Shown here one piece after another: positions 56,201-64,000 of a stretch of 64,000 nt of DNA. Below the pieces are notes generated by a model. The model was not told the origin of the DNA. It saw only the letters and a program-made list of their open reading frames with translations, and ran no database searches. Within the stretch, counting starts at the first letter, position 1, and the number at the start of each line of letters is the position of its first letter. The stretch spans positions 24,721 through 88,720 of IMG/VR virus record IMGVR_UViG_3300030372_003714. One strand, written 5' to 3'. A program made the position numbers and the translations under genes. This stretch comes from a virus (lineage: Duplodnaviria; Caudoviricetes).

Positions 56201-59200
56201 CTGTATATCTGTTACACTTGGTTCAGATTTATACCTCTTTGCAAAGAATTCTCTCATGATAGGCTGATTAATATAATCTAATGTTATAGAGTTATTAAAT
56301 CCAGCTCTGTTAAGAAGCGCTACTACACCACTATTATATACTGTTACATTTACACGTCCAATTCTTTGGTACTTTGCATTATCTAATGATTCATTCTGGT
56401 CTTCTGATAAGTAACTAGAAATAAATTTACCGTCAAATCCTTCGATTTTATTTAGTAATGTATGTGATTTTTTACCTCCTGCACTTATATTAACTGCAAA
56501 TTCTGGATCTATTTTTAATCCAGTTTGTTGTGCAACAGAGTGTCCTGTTGAATGCAATGAGAATATTCCAATTAACATTCCTGCATCTTTGTTGATCTTT
56601 TCAAGATATATATCTGCAGCAAATGAATTAATATTCATATTTGCTAAACTAGGAATCATACCTTTATTTTCATATTCCTCTAGTTTATTTGTATATGTAG
56701 GAGAATCTAGCGGATCCATTTGTTCAACTAAATGATTTCTAGATGTAATGATACCCTGTCTTAAGTCAAACAATACATTTGTTAATGCTTTGTCTGATAA
56801 TTTTTCGAAAGATTGTTTTTCTTTGTACTTACTTAGATTAAAGGCACTAATCTTAGATTTTTCTTTTGATAATTCTGGCATCATTAGATACATTTTATCA
56901 ATATCAAAGTCAGAACCCATCATTGTAGTGATCTCCGCCGGAAGCATAATAACACCACCCATATTTTCAGGTAATATTTTAACTATTTTAAGAGATAGCA
57001 TAGAGTTTTTACCCTGTGTTGGGATTCTATATCCAATTAAATCATATATACTAGACCCATCAACTACATTACCTGGCTTTAATTTTAGCTTGGCAGCTAA
57101 TTCATATGGTAATGCTATTTCAGCATATACTCCACCATTCTCATGAGGTTTTATCTGTAATCTATTATCAATATTATACCCAAACTCAGCTACCTGAACT
57201 ACACTCATGCCGTTAAAGTTCTGCTTAAGTACTTGGTTTTTAAATAGAGATAATAAAATTGATTCAAATCGTTTAGCAAACGGCGGGAAAGATAATGGCG
57301 CTTCAAATCCATATGCATTCACGTCTTGTACTAATCTTTGTATATCTAGAGCCGCATAATAATTATCAGGTAAATCTCTTTGCTCTAGGCTATTTGTAAC
57401 TACATCTCTAACTCGTAATAAAAAGTCTAACTGTGCTTTATTAAATTGTTCTACAGTCATCGTGTTTCTATTAGTAACCGCATCTCTATATGCGCTTACT
57501 CCTAACGAAGTTTCTAGTTTACTATGAGATCTTGCTATACGCTCTGCATAAGCAGCATTATATAAATCTAAAACCTCTGCTCCAGTCATCTCAGACTCAA
57601 ACATTTTGTATACTGCAGATGGACTAATGTTTGCTAATATTAATTTAGCCATTTGTGTTCCATCTAGAGGAGCCTTAGTTTTTGTTTCAATAACTTGTGG
57701 GCTTCTAAGATGTTTAGTTTCTAATTGATTTACTGTTATAGTATCTAAATTATTGTTTAGATTTAATTTACCCGCGGCACCAATCTTAACAGCAGACTCA
57801 AAATTAACCATATCAATAGGACTATTCTTTCTTTCCATACGGATACGTAATTGATTTAGTGTTATTCTGTTTTCCCCTGGCGCTTCTTTAAATTGTTCTG
57901 TAAATTCTCTAAGTAAAGGAATAGTTGAGTGCTTAATTTGCTCCCATACTATACTTTCATTGCCTTGAGAATCAACTACTAGCCTTTCTCCAAAATAATA
58001 TGTTTTTCTAGGATCTAATAGTAATGCTCTTGACTTACTGTCTCCCATTAATCCTTTAGACCAATACCTATCATATGCTATATCATGAGCCGGTGTCCAA
58101 CTACCATCAGATTCCATTTGTTTTTTATGGAACTCTAGAGTAGTATAACCTTGAGCATCTGTAGAATTGACTCTTCTATAAGCAGCTGCTATTCTCTTAG
58201 CTGTCTTACTATCTACGTTAGCATCTGTAAGTATCTTAAGAATAGACTCTTCACTATTAACAAATACATCTTCTATAATAGCATGATTAAATTTAGATGG
58301 TAATCCATACTGCTTCTCTTCATTCCATACTGCATCAATCCCCGGAGTTACACTTTGGTAAGCTCTTTTTCCTGCTTCAATTATTGGATTTCCTGTAGCA
58401 TCAGGCTTATAGTAAGCTAAATCTGGACCAAACACAGTACTTATGTAAGGCTTATACACTAGATCATTAACCGCAAACTCTAATAATGCAGAGTATATAC
58501 CATCTGCTGCCGTAGTTTTACCTTCTAAAGCTTGGTTTGGAAGTAATTCATTTTTATAAACACCAGTTTCAGTAACACTTACTGCCCCGGTTTCTACTAA
58601 TGCACTAATTGTGTTACCTATTTGATCTTCAACATAATCTCTTAGCTTAAGTTTTATGTTTGATAATTGGTCTACTGTAAGTTCTATACTTTCATTTTCT
58701 CTTAATTTACCATCTTCTGTAAAGAATTCAGATGTATTTAAAGATGGGAACTGTACAAATCTTAAACCTTGTCCTAAGTTATCTCCAGGCTTTTTTAAAT
58801 AATGTACATATTCTATTTGTTCTTCTGTTGAAATTGGATTTGGACCAAATAATTGCTTATTTGTTTTAGATATTCTGGCTAATTCTCCTAATACTGCAGG
58901 CATTAATAATGCTATAGCTGTTTCAATATAACCATCTCTTCCCATAGCATTAGATCTCCATAAACCATATCTAGCACGTGGAGATATTTTAGGTAATGTT
59001 ATGTATTTAGATTGTGTTTTATCTCCTTTAGTTCCTGTATTGAACTCTCCATAACTTAAACCACTATTAAAATACATAGAAAATCTAGTAACTGCAGATA
59101 ATGCATCTGACATCTCACTATAAGGAGAAGCCTTACCTCCATTAGATGACTCTCTAACTACATCGAATGTACTTAATTGGAAATTGTTTCTTACTTCTGG

Positions 59201-62200
59201 GTTATTTAATAATAAATCTAAAATAATATGTCTTCCATTTTCACTAGGACTATAGAATTTATCTCTAAATCTATTTAATATAGCGTTTTCATATGTCTCA
59301 TCAGATCTTAATTCTAATGTAGTCTTAGAATCATAAGTATTTAAGTTAATAGCATAGATTGGTTTCTTAGCTCCGCTCATAAAGGAAGCACCATAGTTAT
59401 CTATTCTAAATGAAGCATCTAATTGAGCAAGTCTTCTAAGGGCCCCTGTCTCTGCTGATCCTTTTAAATAAGGATTATTAAATTTATTTAATGCTTTCAT
59501 GATGTGCTCGAAAGAACTATTACCTACCATATAAGAATTTATATCTCTTACTGTTAGGGTCTCATCGTTAAACATTGCTATATAAGCTTCATCAGATAAT
59601 TTTATACCTGCATAATCTAAAGTATTTTTAAATGCTCTTAAATAATCTTTCTTGCTAGCATTTTGTCTAGATAATTTTGTAGTTAAATCGTATAATTCCT
59701 GTAGTTTAGTAATAGCAGCTGGATTCAATGCATCCTCTTTCCCTGTTGTGGGGCTGTAGATTTCTGTTTCACTTCTATTATCAACCCACTTACGGATAAT
59801 TTGTTGTTCTAGGCCATTACGATTAGTGTGTACTACTTTTACTGCTCCATTAGGCGCTAGTATTAATGTTTTAAATCTAATATTTTGCTTATTAAAATGC
59901 GAAACAAATTTATTTTGCCACTGTTTAGTTGCTTTAGTATATATATTAAGCACTTGATCCATCATATAGTGGCCCTGTTCTGCTAATTCAACTAACTTTT
60001 CTGCTACTTTACCTTGAGGAACATTAGCCAGGTTTACCGATAGATAAGCATATACATCATCAAACTCCATAAACATAGGTAGTCCAAGTACTTTACCCTT
60101 TACAACCTCTCCTTTACGATTACGTTCTTCAATAAATCCTAATTCAAACTTAATATCTTTAGATAACGTTTGCTTAACCGGGGTATTATAGAAATTTACT
60201 CCGTGAATTTTTTCTTTAGACACTAGTCCTTCATCAACTATATCAGTATCCTCATCAGTAATAGGATCTTCTACTACTGGAGCAGTATAATTAACTTCTC
60301 CGTTTCTCTTTAATGTATATTTAACACCAAACTGTGATCTTAAGCCTCTTACAGCTATTGATTCAAACCCCGGGCTAGTAATATTACCAAATTCGTCTGG
60401 TACATCATACCATACATCAAGTTTTGTAGCATTAACAGCATTTATTCCTCTGTTCTTGTCATTTTCATTTTCACTTTGTGATAATCTTTTACCTGTAGTT
60501 TCCCATTGTTGTCTTATAGACTCATAAGCACCTTTTATTTCATTAGGTTTTGTTAAAGCATCTCTCCAACCTTCTCTAATTTCATCACGTTCTAGTTCAG
60601 ACACATCTTTAGCCTCCTTAGCCATCGTCGCATATTTAGCTTTCAGAGCTCGTGCTAATTGATAATTAATATTTTTACCTATTTCTTTTGTCTGGTCTGA
60701 GTTATATCCTTTCTTCTCTCTCAGTTTAGGAGCACGTGCCTGTGATAATTCTGCAGCCTCTTTAGCTGTATATTGTGTAAACTCTCTTTTATTAAGATCC
60801 CTGAATAAGTATTCGATTTCACCTCGCATACCTAGCATGTTTTTAATATGATACATCAAGTCTCTAAAGAATCTTTTTATTGCTGCGCCAAATCCTTCTG
60901 CATTCTCAGTTAACATGTAGTCCTTAAAGTCTTCTGCTAGCTTAGTTTCAATATCTACATTTTCTCCATACTTCTCATAAGCTTCTAATTCAATAGATGC
61001 TTTCTCTTCGTCTGTTAAATGTAGATCATATACACGACGGAACGATTCCCAATACGCAGTACCGGCCATAGCCCCTTCTGCAACAGTCATTAATCCATTA
61101 TGATAATAACCCCATGCCTGTCTTCCATCCTTAAGAGTCATATATTTAACTCTATTAACTATATCTAACGCTTCTTCACCAAATCTAGATAGAACCCATT
61201 CCTTTTCTGTATCTGTCATAAGATCATATCCTGGGCCTACTTGCTCGTACTGACGTAGCTTAATATCAAAGTCATCATCTTTACCTGGGTCTACTTCTTT
61301 TATATCTTCTTGCTTAGTCTCTTCTTCTATAACAGGATTTCCTCCTAATATATCTGTTAAACTAGGCTCAACATCATATTGTCCTTCTTCTACTGCTGGT
61401 ACAGGAATAAGCTCTATTTTACTATCTTCCTGTATAAACTTAGGTGCTGATTTTTCTGCCGGAGTAAATGACTCTTCTGGGACATTTAAGAATAATCTAG
61501 TATGACTAAACTGCTGTTGACCCGCTCCAGGAATATCAGTACTAACTATATCCATATCTTTTAAGAATGTGTTATAGTTTTTAAATGCAGTATCTCCTAG
61601 AGGATTTAAATACTGTTCATTAGTATTTATTTTTTGCTTTTGTATATTATATACTTTTCCTTGCAAGTGTTCTTTTAATGCATCTTTTATTTCAGTAGAA
61701 GTTAGGTCTTGTATATTCTTACTATTTCTAAGTACTTGTCTTTTAGCTGTTCTTTGATCTACTCCAATTATAGGCCCCTCCATTGGGATTAAGTTTCCTT
61801 GTTCGTCGTACATTTTATACAAGAACTCTTTCCCTTCTAATGCATTCTGTAGATTATTACGAGCATTACCCTCTTTTCCTTCCATATTATACTGAATACC
61901 AATTACTTTGCCTCTGAAAGGAAACTTAATAACGAAGTTATCCATAGTAACATCAAACTTAGCAGCAAATGTTTTATTAGTTTTACTTCCCAGTTTAAAT
62001 TGAGAATCAGCATTAGATCCTCTTGGAATATAAACTAGTTGTTCTATTAATAATTGTTTATCCTCTGCTGTATAATTATTAGCTACTAATGTATCTAATA
62101 TTATATTTATAGCTTTTTCACTTAATGTGTTGGTTTGCAGTCTAATAGGTACGTACTTTCCATTAGCCGCTTTTATTCTAGCATATAAGTATCCCTGTTC

Positions 62201-64000
62201 TGTGAATTCAGATTCAAAATTATTTTCATTTGTATTATTATAATTTACACCTGAACCTCCTAAATCTATACCAAATACTAAATCTGGTCCTAGTATATCT
62301 AAGTTTTGTTGAATAGACTTACCTTCATGTTTTAAATTAATTATATACCCTCCTGTCTTACCAGAAATAGTAGCTTGTATATCTTCTTCTCTACCTTCTC
62401 TTAATGCCTTAGTTATCTTTTTTCTAATTTCTGTATTTAAAGGCATTTGTTCACTAGCTGAAGATAATACAGATAGAATAACATCAGGATTAGATGCAAG
62501 TCTAATAGTTACTACTCCCATACCTTCTTCAGCTGCTTTAAAGTATGGCCAGTTCTTTTCTGCTCTTAGAACTACTTTAGTACCTACTCCTAATTCAGGG
62601 CTATTAAGCATCTTAGTATCAAATACTTCAGACATCTTAACCGCATCGGATTTAATCTGCACACGAACTGCAGGTTTACCATTAAACTTAAATGGAATTA
62701 AAGTATCACTTTCTAAAACTCGTCCTCCTTCTTTTTGGATATTATTATTAGGCCCAATTAATGGTTCATAGATATATATTTGTTGATACATAGAATCACC
62801 ATTATTCATAGCCTCTAGTTGAGGTCCTGTTAATTGATCTATGTTTACAACATTATAAGCCTTACCTGTAGCACTTATTATTTCTTCTAATAAATTTCCA
62901 TCTTTATCTCGTAAGTTTTGGTATTCACCAAACTCAGTTATGTCACTCATAAACTGCTTATTCCATGCTTGAGGATAAGTTTTTTTGAGGGCCCAAAAAG
63001 TTGTTTCAGTAGGAGTATTAGATGTCTCTATAGGTCTCGCCTGTTCCGAGGTAGTTTGGCCTGATTCCGCACCCGAAGTAGCTTCAACAAGTTCGAGAAC
63101 ACCCAAGTCTTGGTTTGTTTTACCTGCGCTTTGAGGCTCTTGTTCTTCGATGTTATTTTCATTAACAGTTTTTTCTACATTATCTATTAATTTATCTTGC
63201 TCTTCTAAGCTTGTTTTGGTTTGTTCTGGCTGGGGATTCGTGTTACTGGTCTTTCCTGATGCATTGACCCCGGCTTCTTGAAGTCTCTCTGGCTCCTGAG
63301 AAACTTCACTCTGTCCCACTTGCTCTTGGTCGATAATGTCTTTTGTAATTCGTCCGGCAGCATTCGGGTTAGCATTGATAATTTCATTGTATTGTTGTTT
63401 TAAATTATTAATTTCATTTTGTATAGATTGAGATAACATAGAATTTGCTAATCTAAGTATAGCCTCATTTACTTCTCCCGCAGGAACAGCTATACCATCT
63501 ATATCACTAGCCACTAATGTTGAAGTAAATAGATCTGTTTGTCTGTATGAAACAATGTACTCCTTTCCTTGATATTCTACTACTAAGAAATCATCTTTAA
63601 CAAGTTCATTAAATCTAGTTCTTTTAACAGCTTCTAGTGTTTCTATAACATCTGCTAACTCATACGTAACAGCAGGGCTAGTAAATGTAACTGTAGTATT
63701 ATCCCATTTAGTTAATGTTACTGATACTACATTTGCTTCATTATCATACTCAATAGCGCTTGATGGGTCTGAATGTAAGTTATTATATATCTCATCCTCA
63801 ATTATAAAGGTTCTACCATCAGCTTCTATGCTTATATTTAAATTAGCACTTCTCCTCATCTGCATATCTAAATACCCTAATGTAGGCCCGCTAGTAAATT
63901 TTCCTTTACTATCTCTAAATACTTTATCTGAACGATTCTCTGTTACAATAAACTCTTTATTAGTATCAGATTCTCTGAATATAAGTTCGTTTGTATCCGG
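50255..64000 (-). CDS. Giant virion RNA polymerase polyprotein (at least 4,581 aa; 5' end outside the window)
   Basis: GSDFDIDK catalytic motif (DFDID at 56897-56911), RIPTQGKNS, STDAQGY, FESAVK. The frame stays open from the track's 63865 ATG to base 64000. Also carries zincin-like and PD-(D/E)xK segments. Confidence 0.92.
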   Translation of the reverse strand, partial: PDTNELIFRESDTNKEFIVTENRSDKVFRDSKGKFTSGPTLGYLDMQMRRSANLNISIEADGRTFIIEDEIYNNLHSDPSSAIEYDNEANVVSVTLTKWDNTTVTFTSPAVTYELADVIETLEAVKRTRFNELVKDDFLVVEYQGKEYIVSYRQTDLFTSTLVASDIDGIAVPAGEVNEAILRLANSMLSQSIQNEINNLKQQYNEIINANPNAAGRITKDIIDQEQVGQSEVSQEPERLQEAGVNASGKTSNTNPQPEQTKTSLEEQDKLIDNVEKTVNENNIEEQEPQSAGKTNQDLGVLELVEATSGAESGQTTSEQARPIETSNTPTETTFWALKKTYPQAWNKQFMSDITEFGEYQNLRDKDGNLLEEIISATGKAYNVVNIDQLTGPQLEAMNNGDSMYQQIYIYEPLIGPNNNIQKEGGRVLESDTLIPFKFNGKPAVRVQIKSDAVKMSEVFDTKMLNSPELGVGTKVVLRAEKNWPYFKAAEEGMGVVTIRLASNPDVILSVLSSASEQMPLNTEIRKKITKALREGREEDIQATISGKTGGYIINLKHEGKSIQQNLDILGPDLVFGIDLGGSGVNYNNTNENNFESEFTEQGYLYARIKAANGKYVPIRLQTNTLSEKAINIILDTLVANNYTAEDKQLLIEQLVYIPRGSNADSQFKLGSKTNKTFAAKFDVTMDNFVIKFPFRGKVIGIQYNMEGKEGNARNNLQNALEGKEFLYKMYDEQGNLIPMEGPIIGVDQRTAKRQVLRNSKNIQDLTSTEIKDALKEHLQGKVYNIQKQKINTNEQYLNPLGDTAFKNYNTFLKDMDIVSTDIPGAGQQQFSHTRLFLNVPEESFTPAEKSAPKFIQEDSKIELIPVPAVEEGQYDVEPSLTDILGGNPVIEEETKQEDIKEVDPGKDDDFDIKLRQYEQVGPGYDLMTDTEKEWVLSRFGEEALDIVNRVKYMTLKDGRQAWGYYHNGLMTVAEGAMAGTAYWESFRRVYDLHLTDEEKASIELEAYEKYGENVDIETKLAEDFKDYMLTENAEGFGAAIKRFFRDLMYHIKNMLGMRGEIEYLFRDLNKREFTQYTAKEAAELSQARAPKLREKKGYNSDQTKEIGKNINYQLARALKAKYATMAKEAKDVSELERDEIREGWRDALTKPNEIKGAYESIRQQWETTGKRLSQSENENDKNRGINAVNATKLDVWYDVPDEFGNITSPGFESIAVRGLRSQFGVKYTLKRNGEVNYTAPVVEDPITDEDTDIVDEGLVSKEKIHGVNFYNTPVKQTLSKDIKFELGFIEERNRKGEVVKGKVLGLPMFMEFDDVYAYLSVNLANVPQGKVAEKLVELAEQGHYMMDQVLNIYTKATKQWQNKFVSHFNKQNIRFKTLILAPNGAVKVVHTNRNGLEQQIIRKWVDNRSETEIYSPTTGKEDALNPAAITKLQELYDLTTKLSRQNASKKDYLRAFKNTLDYAGIKLSDEAYIAMFNDETLTVRDINSYMVGNSSFEHIMKALNKFNNPYLKGSAETGALRRLAQLDASFRIDNYGASFMSGAKKPIYAINLNTYDSKTTLELRSDETYENAILNRFRDKFYSPSENGRHIILDLLLNNPEVRNNFQLSTFDVVRESSNGGKASPYSEMSDALSAVTRFSMYFNSGLSYGEFNTGTKGDKTQSKYITLPKISPRARYGLWRSNAMGRDGYIETAIALLMPAVLGELARISKTNKQLFGPNPISTEEQIEYVHYLKKPGDNLGQGLRFVQFPSLNTSEFFTEDGKLRENESIELTVDQLSNIKLKLRDYVEDQIGNTISALVETGAVSVTETGVYKNELLPNQALEGKTTAADGIYSALLEFAVNDLVYKPYISTVFGPDLAYYKPDATGNPIIEAGKRAYQSVTPGIDAVWNEEKQYGLPSKFNHAIIEDVFVNSEESILKILTDANVDSKTAKRIAAAYRRVNSTDAQGYTTLEFHKKQMESDGSWTPAHDIAYDRYWSKGLMGDSKSRALLLDPRKTYYFGERLVVDSQGNESIVWEQIKHSTIPLLREFTEQFKEAPGENRITLNQLRIRMERKNSPIDMVNFESAVKIGAAGKLNLNNNLDTITVNQLETKHLRSPQVIETKTKAPLDGTQMAKLILANISPSAVYKMFESEMTGAEVLDLYNAAYAERIARSHSKLETSLGVSAYRDAVTNRNTMTVEQFNKAQLDFLLRVRDVVTNSLEQRDLPDNYYAALDIQRLVQDVNAYGFEAPLSFPPFAKRFESILLSLFKNQVLKQNFNGMSVVQVAEFGYNIDNRLQIKPHENGGVYAEIALPYELAAKLKLKPGNVVDGSSIYDLIGYRIPTQGKNSMLSLKIVKILPENMGGVIMLPAEITTMMGSDFDIDKMYLMMPELSKEKSKISAFNLSKYKEKQSFEKLSDKALTNVLFDLRQGIITSRNHLVEQMDPLDSPTYTNKLEEYENKGMIPSLANMNINSFAADIYLEKINKDAGMLIGIFSLHSTGHSVAQQTGLKIDPEFAVNISAGGKKSHTLLNKIEGFDGKFISSYLSEDQNESLDNAKYQRIGRVNVTVYNSGVVALLNRAGFNNSITLDYINQPIMREFFAKRYKSEPSVTDIQIAKEIANSYNLGIEFDNMREGEIEFTPTANYLSESLQANMMDPGVARNQIQILSDYLNYAKVGRDLALFNTVVSPETLKNLSRLSFIENYQGKVEYLNGPGSSLSMENSTERIEAYQKFGLQAAVDFVSEFVPYNKPGYSELKHQIAEATGQKNNILSPELTDVINSMGLYWALTKKSSPFSSMVYENNEAVRKLLFTKEESLIRQMENIKTKYGLQNDIFLGMLFGHESNVNVDNYLQLIAFNNTTKLGVDQINAITNRWAELLVDPRKEVRTLAQNLAKYSVLTSGFMLGPNSFVDLVPMSYWKSSGLTEFFRNEERSMTYENYFAGASEQIIRNMFTEQGLLMTVDNKSVETSEQTRKDFNLTKNEYFLHQDSNPQLITEKADNSRGYVNYFKSYMNDKFRLFKFRYKTERGAIYEEIQPLGERFRLVEMQADNAVVQSMNPINQVINPQVPTKTEISLDEMTENQQTNLNDLMQLAPMVKEATLNTLDERIEQWLMQHFGIPVQKYDNLKTKLGIDAIGMADMLNRAVLVDNNRDKYTLSEEAGHFYVEMMDNAPMQRLLELVRQTKTFQTVKEDYKHVYNQELDFQKEAAGKILAKYIVGKYEGEAVTEDYGDGLLGTLRKVWDSIKRFFSGRKGQVNALNEQLTEILGPAADAIINGINPGNLSIDNIGVNKYYALNKAKFEFRNTKGEKINVGDLITKGAQAASSKVPYLRQFTEKDKMDMLIDESENIISPTEQSPYYELDGVKMNRVSRVMEIFQDPFDQQRMAEKVANINKREGSPFNTADKVQKLWDFLRDDMGTGIHTIAEGIVNKSDMEVILEGLPEQHRTAFREIIPSIRDWVRSKEATGSRLYSEVQVGDKQDLIAGTADIIEVTSNNKKIIHDFKTKMRGKFGSITKKLPDFKGPLAGIQNTLLNKYRIQLSLYKYIIEEKGITVDGLNIVPIEADVSIDNNGEIFFTNAAVNTETTPNINKLKDLEAVPNKTIKKMIEFIAPNHDTMMKQDEYNNVLKVFKKAKGILERKIALYSKDKGNSDYANRLKEIFNEMEELNEKEGLVLFTKRAVADLNNAHRRLNQLKKDDALNPRILLQIKDFVNAYGILEEVTLMAPLLAESGYENLLEKYVQPAIAKRNLVLEDIKSLLRPLIADKFAALTSNPEYKNNPDKFMEELQLAGSDITWIARWMDALGDSSDPSLAMVDKMVTIQRGKVNKAEYDLVHGEGALLDLTKKLEDFQSGLGVSIWKYRELFGFMLEADKAGNLTGHIIQEYMPEFKVARDKFMNEKLDAGYALSEVQWAEFYKEDNTKGKYNKWLQNSPKSYLSEKYKEVQNMEASDPRKQYYDFYKKHYNEAQNFLPKAYQRGNALPGLRATQAERWFMNPEHNGVFKGSINAIREKMLEVFGKAQDNIMWGEYVDAAGDPMSYIPVHYSSRIGNAEGQLSPADVSYDLSSGLKMYYTMANNFNEMQQILPEIEAAKELVRTRRVKKRKSGMPVPDAITGEDIDFAGIDSKAYQRLEDYFNMVVYGKRKKMGGAITIFGKTTNADQISDALLQLGSLRVLAMNDKAAVANIGFGSIMNFTEAWAGQFFNMKDWTKAKTKYLAYTSTDQLGGAGLIADTLARAPKSKLGQMNELFNVLQEFDEYGRKLNPKQLGLRMNQGALYFMMSAGEHMIQSQLAMAMMFNKKFKTSKGTINLWDAYSIGEKGKLVLDPEVASQFSEQDRILFSEKIQALYQRLHGIYNEKDKAAIQQYAAGRWALQFRKWLRPGYRRRFEGAEKLFYDQESDIKGPNYNERLESYMEGNYVTAVKFIGQLGRDFKRLQFFTMKERYRELESWQQANIKRGLGEVAGFYFLTILGLAFFGMDDEPEDRSAVDWYALYSIKRIQSELAFYNPLGSSFYEILRTPAANLTTIEAYSKLLSQAWDDSWSIILGGDVERYKRKTGRYEKGDAKINKYIRNVLLFKELGTDPRDKIKFFDLK

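Noticed and set aside
30691-63387. Opposite-strand or out-of-frame track ORFs at 30691, 31098, 32294, 35451, 39175, 40095, 42034, 42354, 46941, 49654, 50307, 52422, 53229, 54621, 55530, 56748 and 63205
   Set aside because: Shadow frames of larger recognised genes or, for 32294-32482, of the structured non-coding region.

Overview
This is a 64-kb internal segment of an AT-rich, lytic crAss-like (Crassvirales) phage genome in standard code 11. The host is probably Bacteroidota, likely an environmental flavobacterium: TAnnTTTG promoter boxes are present and genes have AT-rich, SD-less leaders. Four blocks are visible. (1) 1-29.5 kb, minus strand, late/structural block: a >2,629-aa modular protein that the ORF track missed, fibres, tail ring protein, major capsid, scaffold, SLT lysin, portal, TerL, lysis genes, a 2OG-Fe(II) oxygenase, an IHF-like protein and tRNA-Met. 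(2) 29.5-33.6 kb, strand switch and early region: small ORFs, repeated 30-nt motifs, long ORF-free structured stretches and a tRNA-like element. (3) 33.6-49.9 kb, plus strand, replication block: class II RNR, PolA, SF2 and DnaB helicases, primase, rIIA/rIIB, resolvase and nuclease. (4) 49.9-64 kb, minus strand: a >4,581-aa virion RNA polymerase polyprotein with a DFDID motif. The best leads are the giant protein (two T9SS-cargo-like beta-propellers, Cys-rich repeats and an intact matrixin-type metalloprotease) and the repeat/ncRNA architecture of the early region. All family assignments come from motif recognition by eye; no database searches were run.
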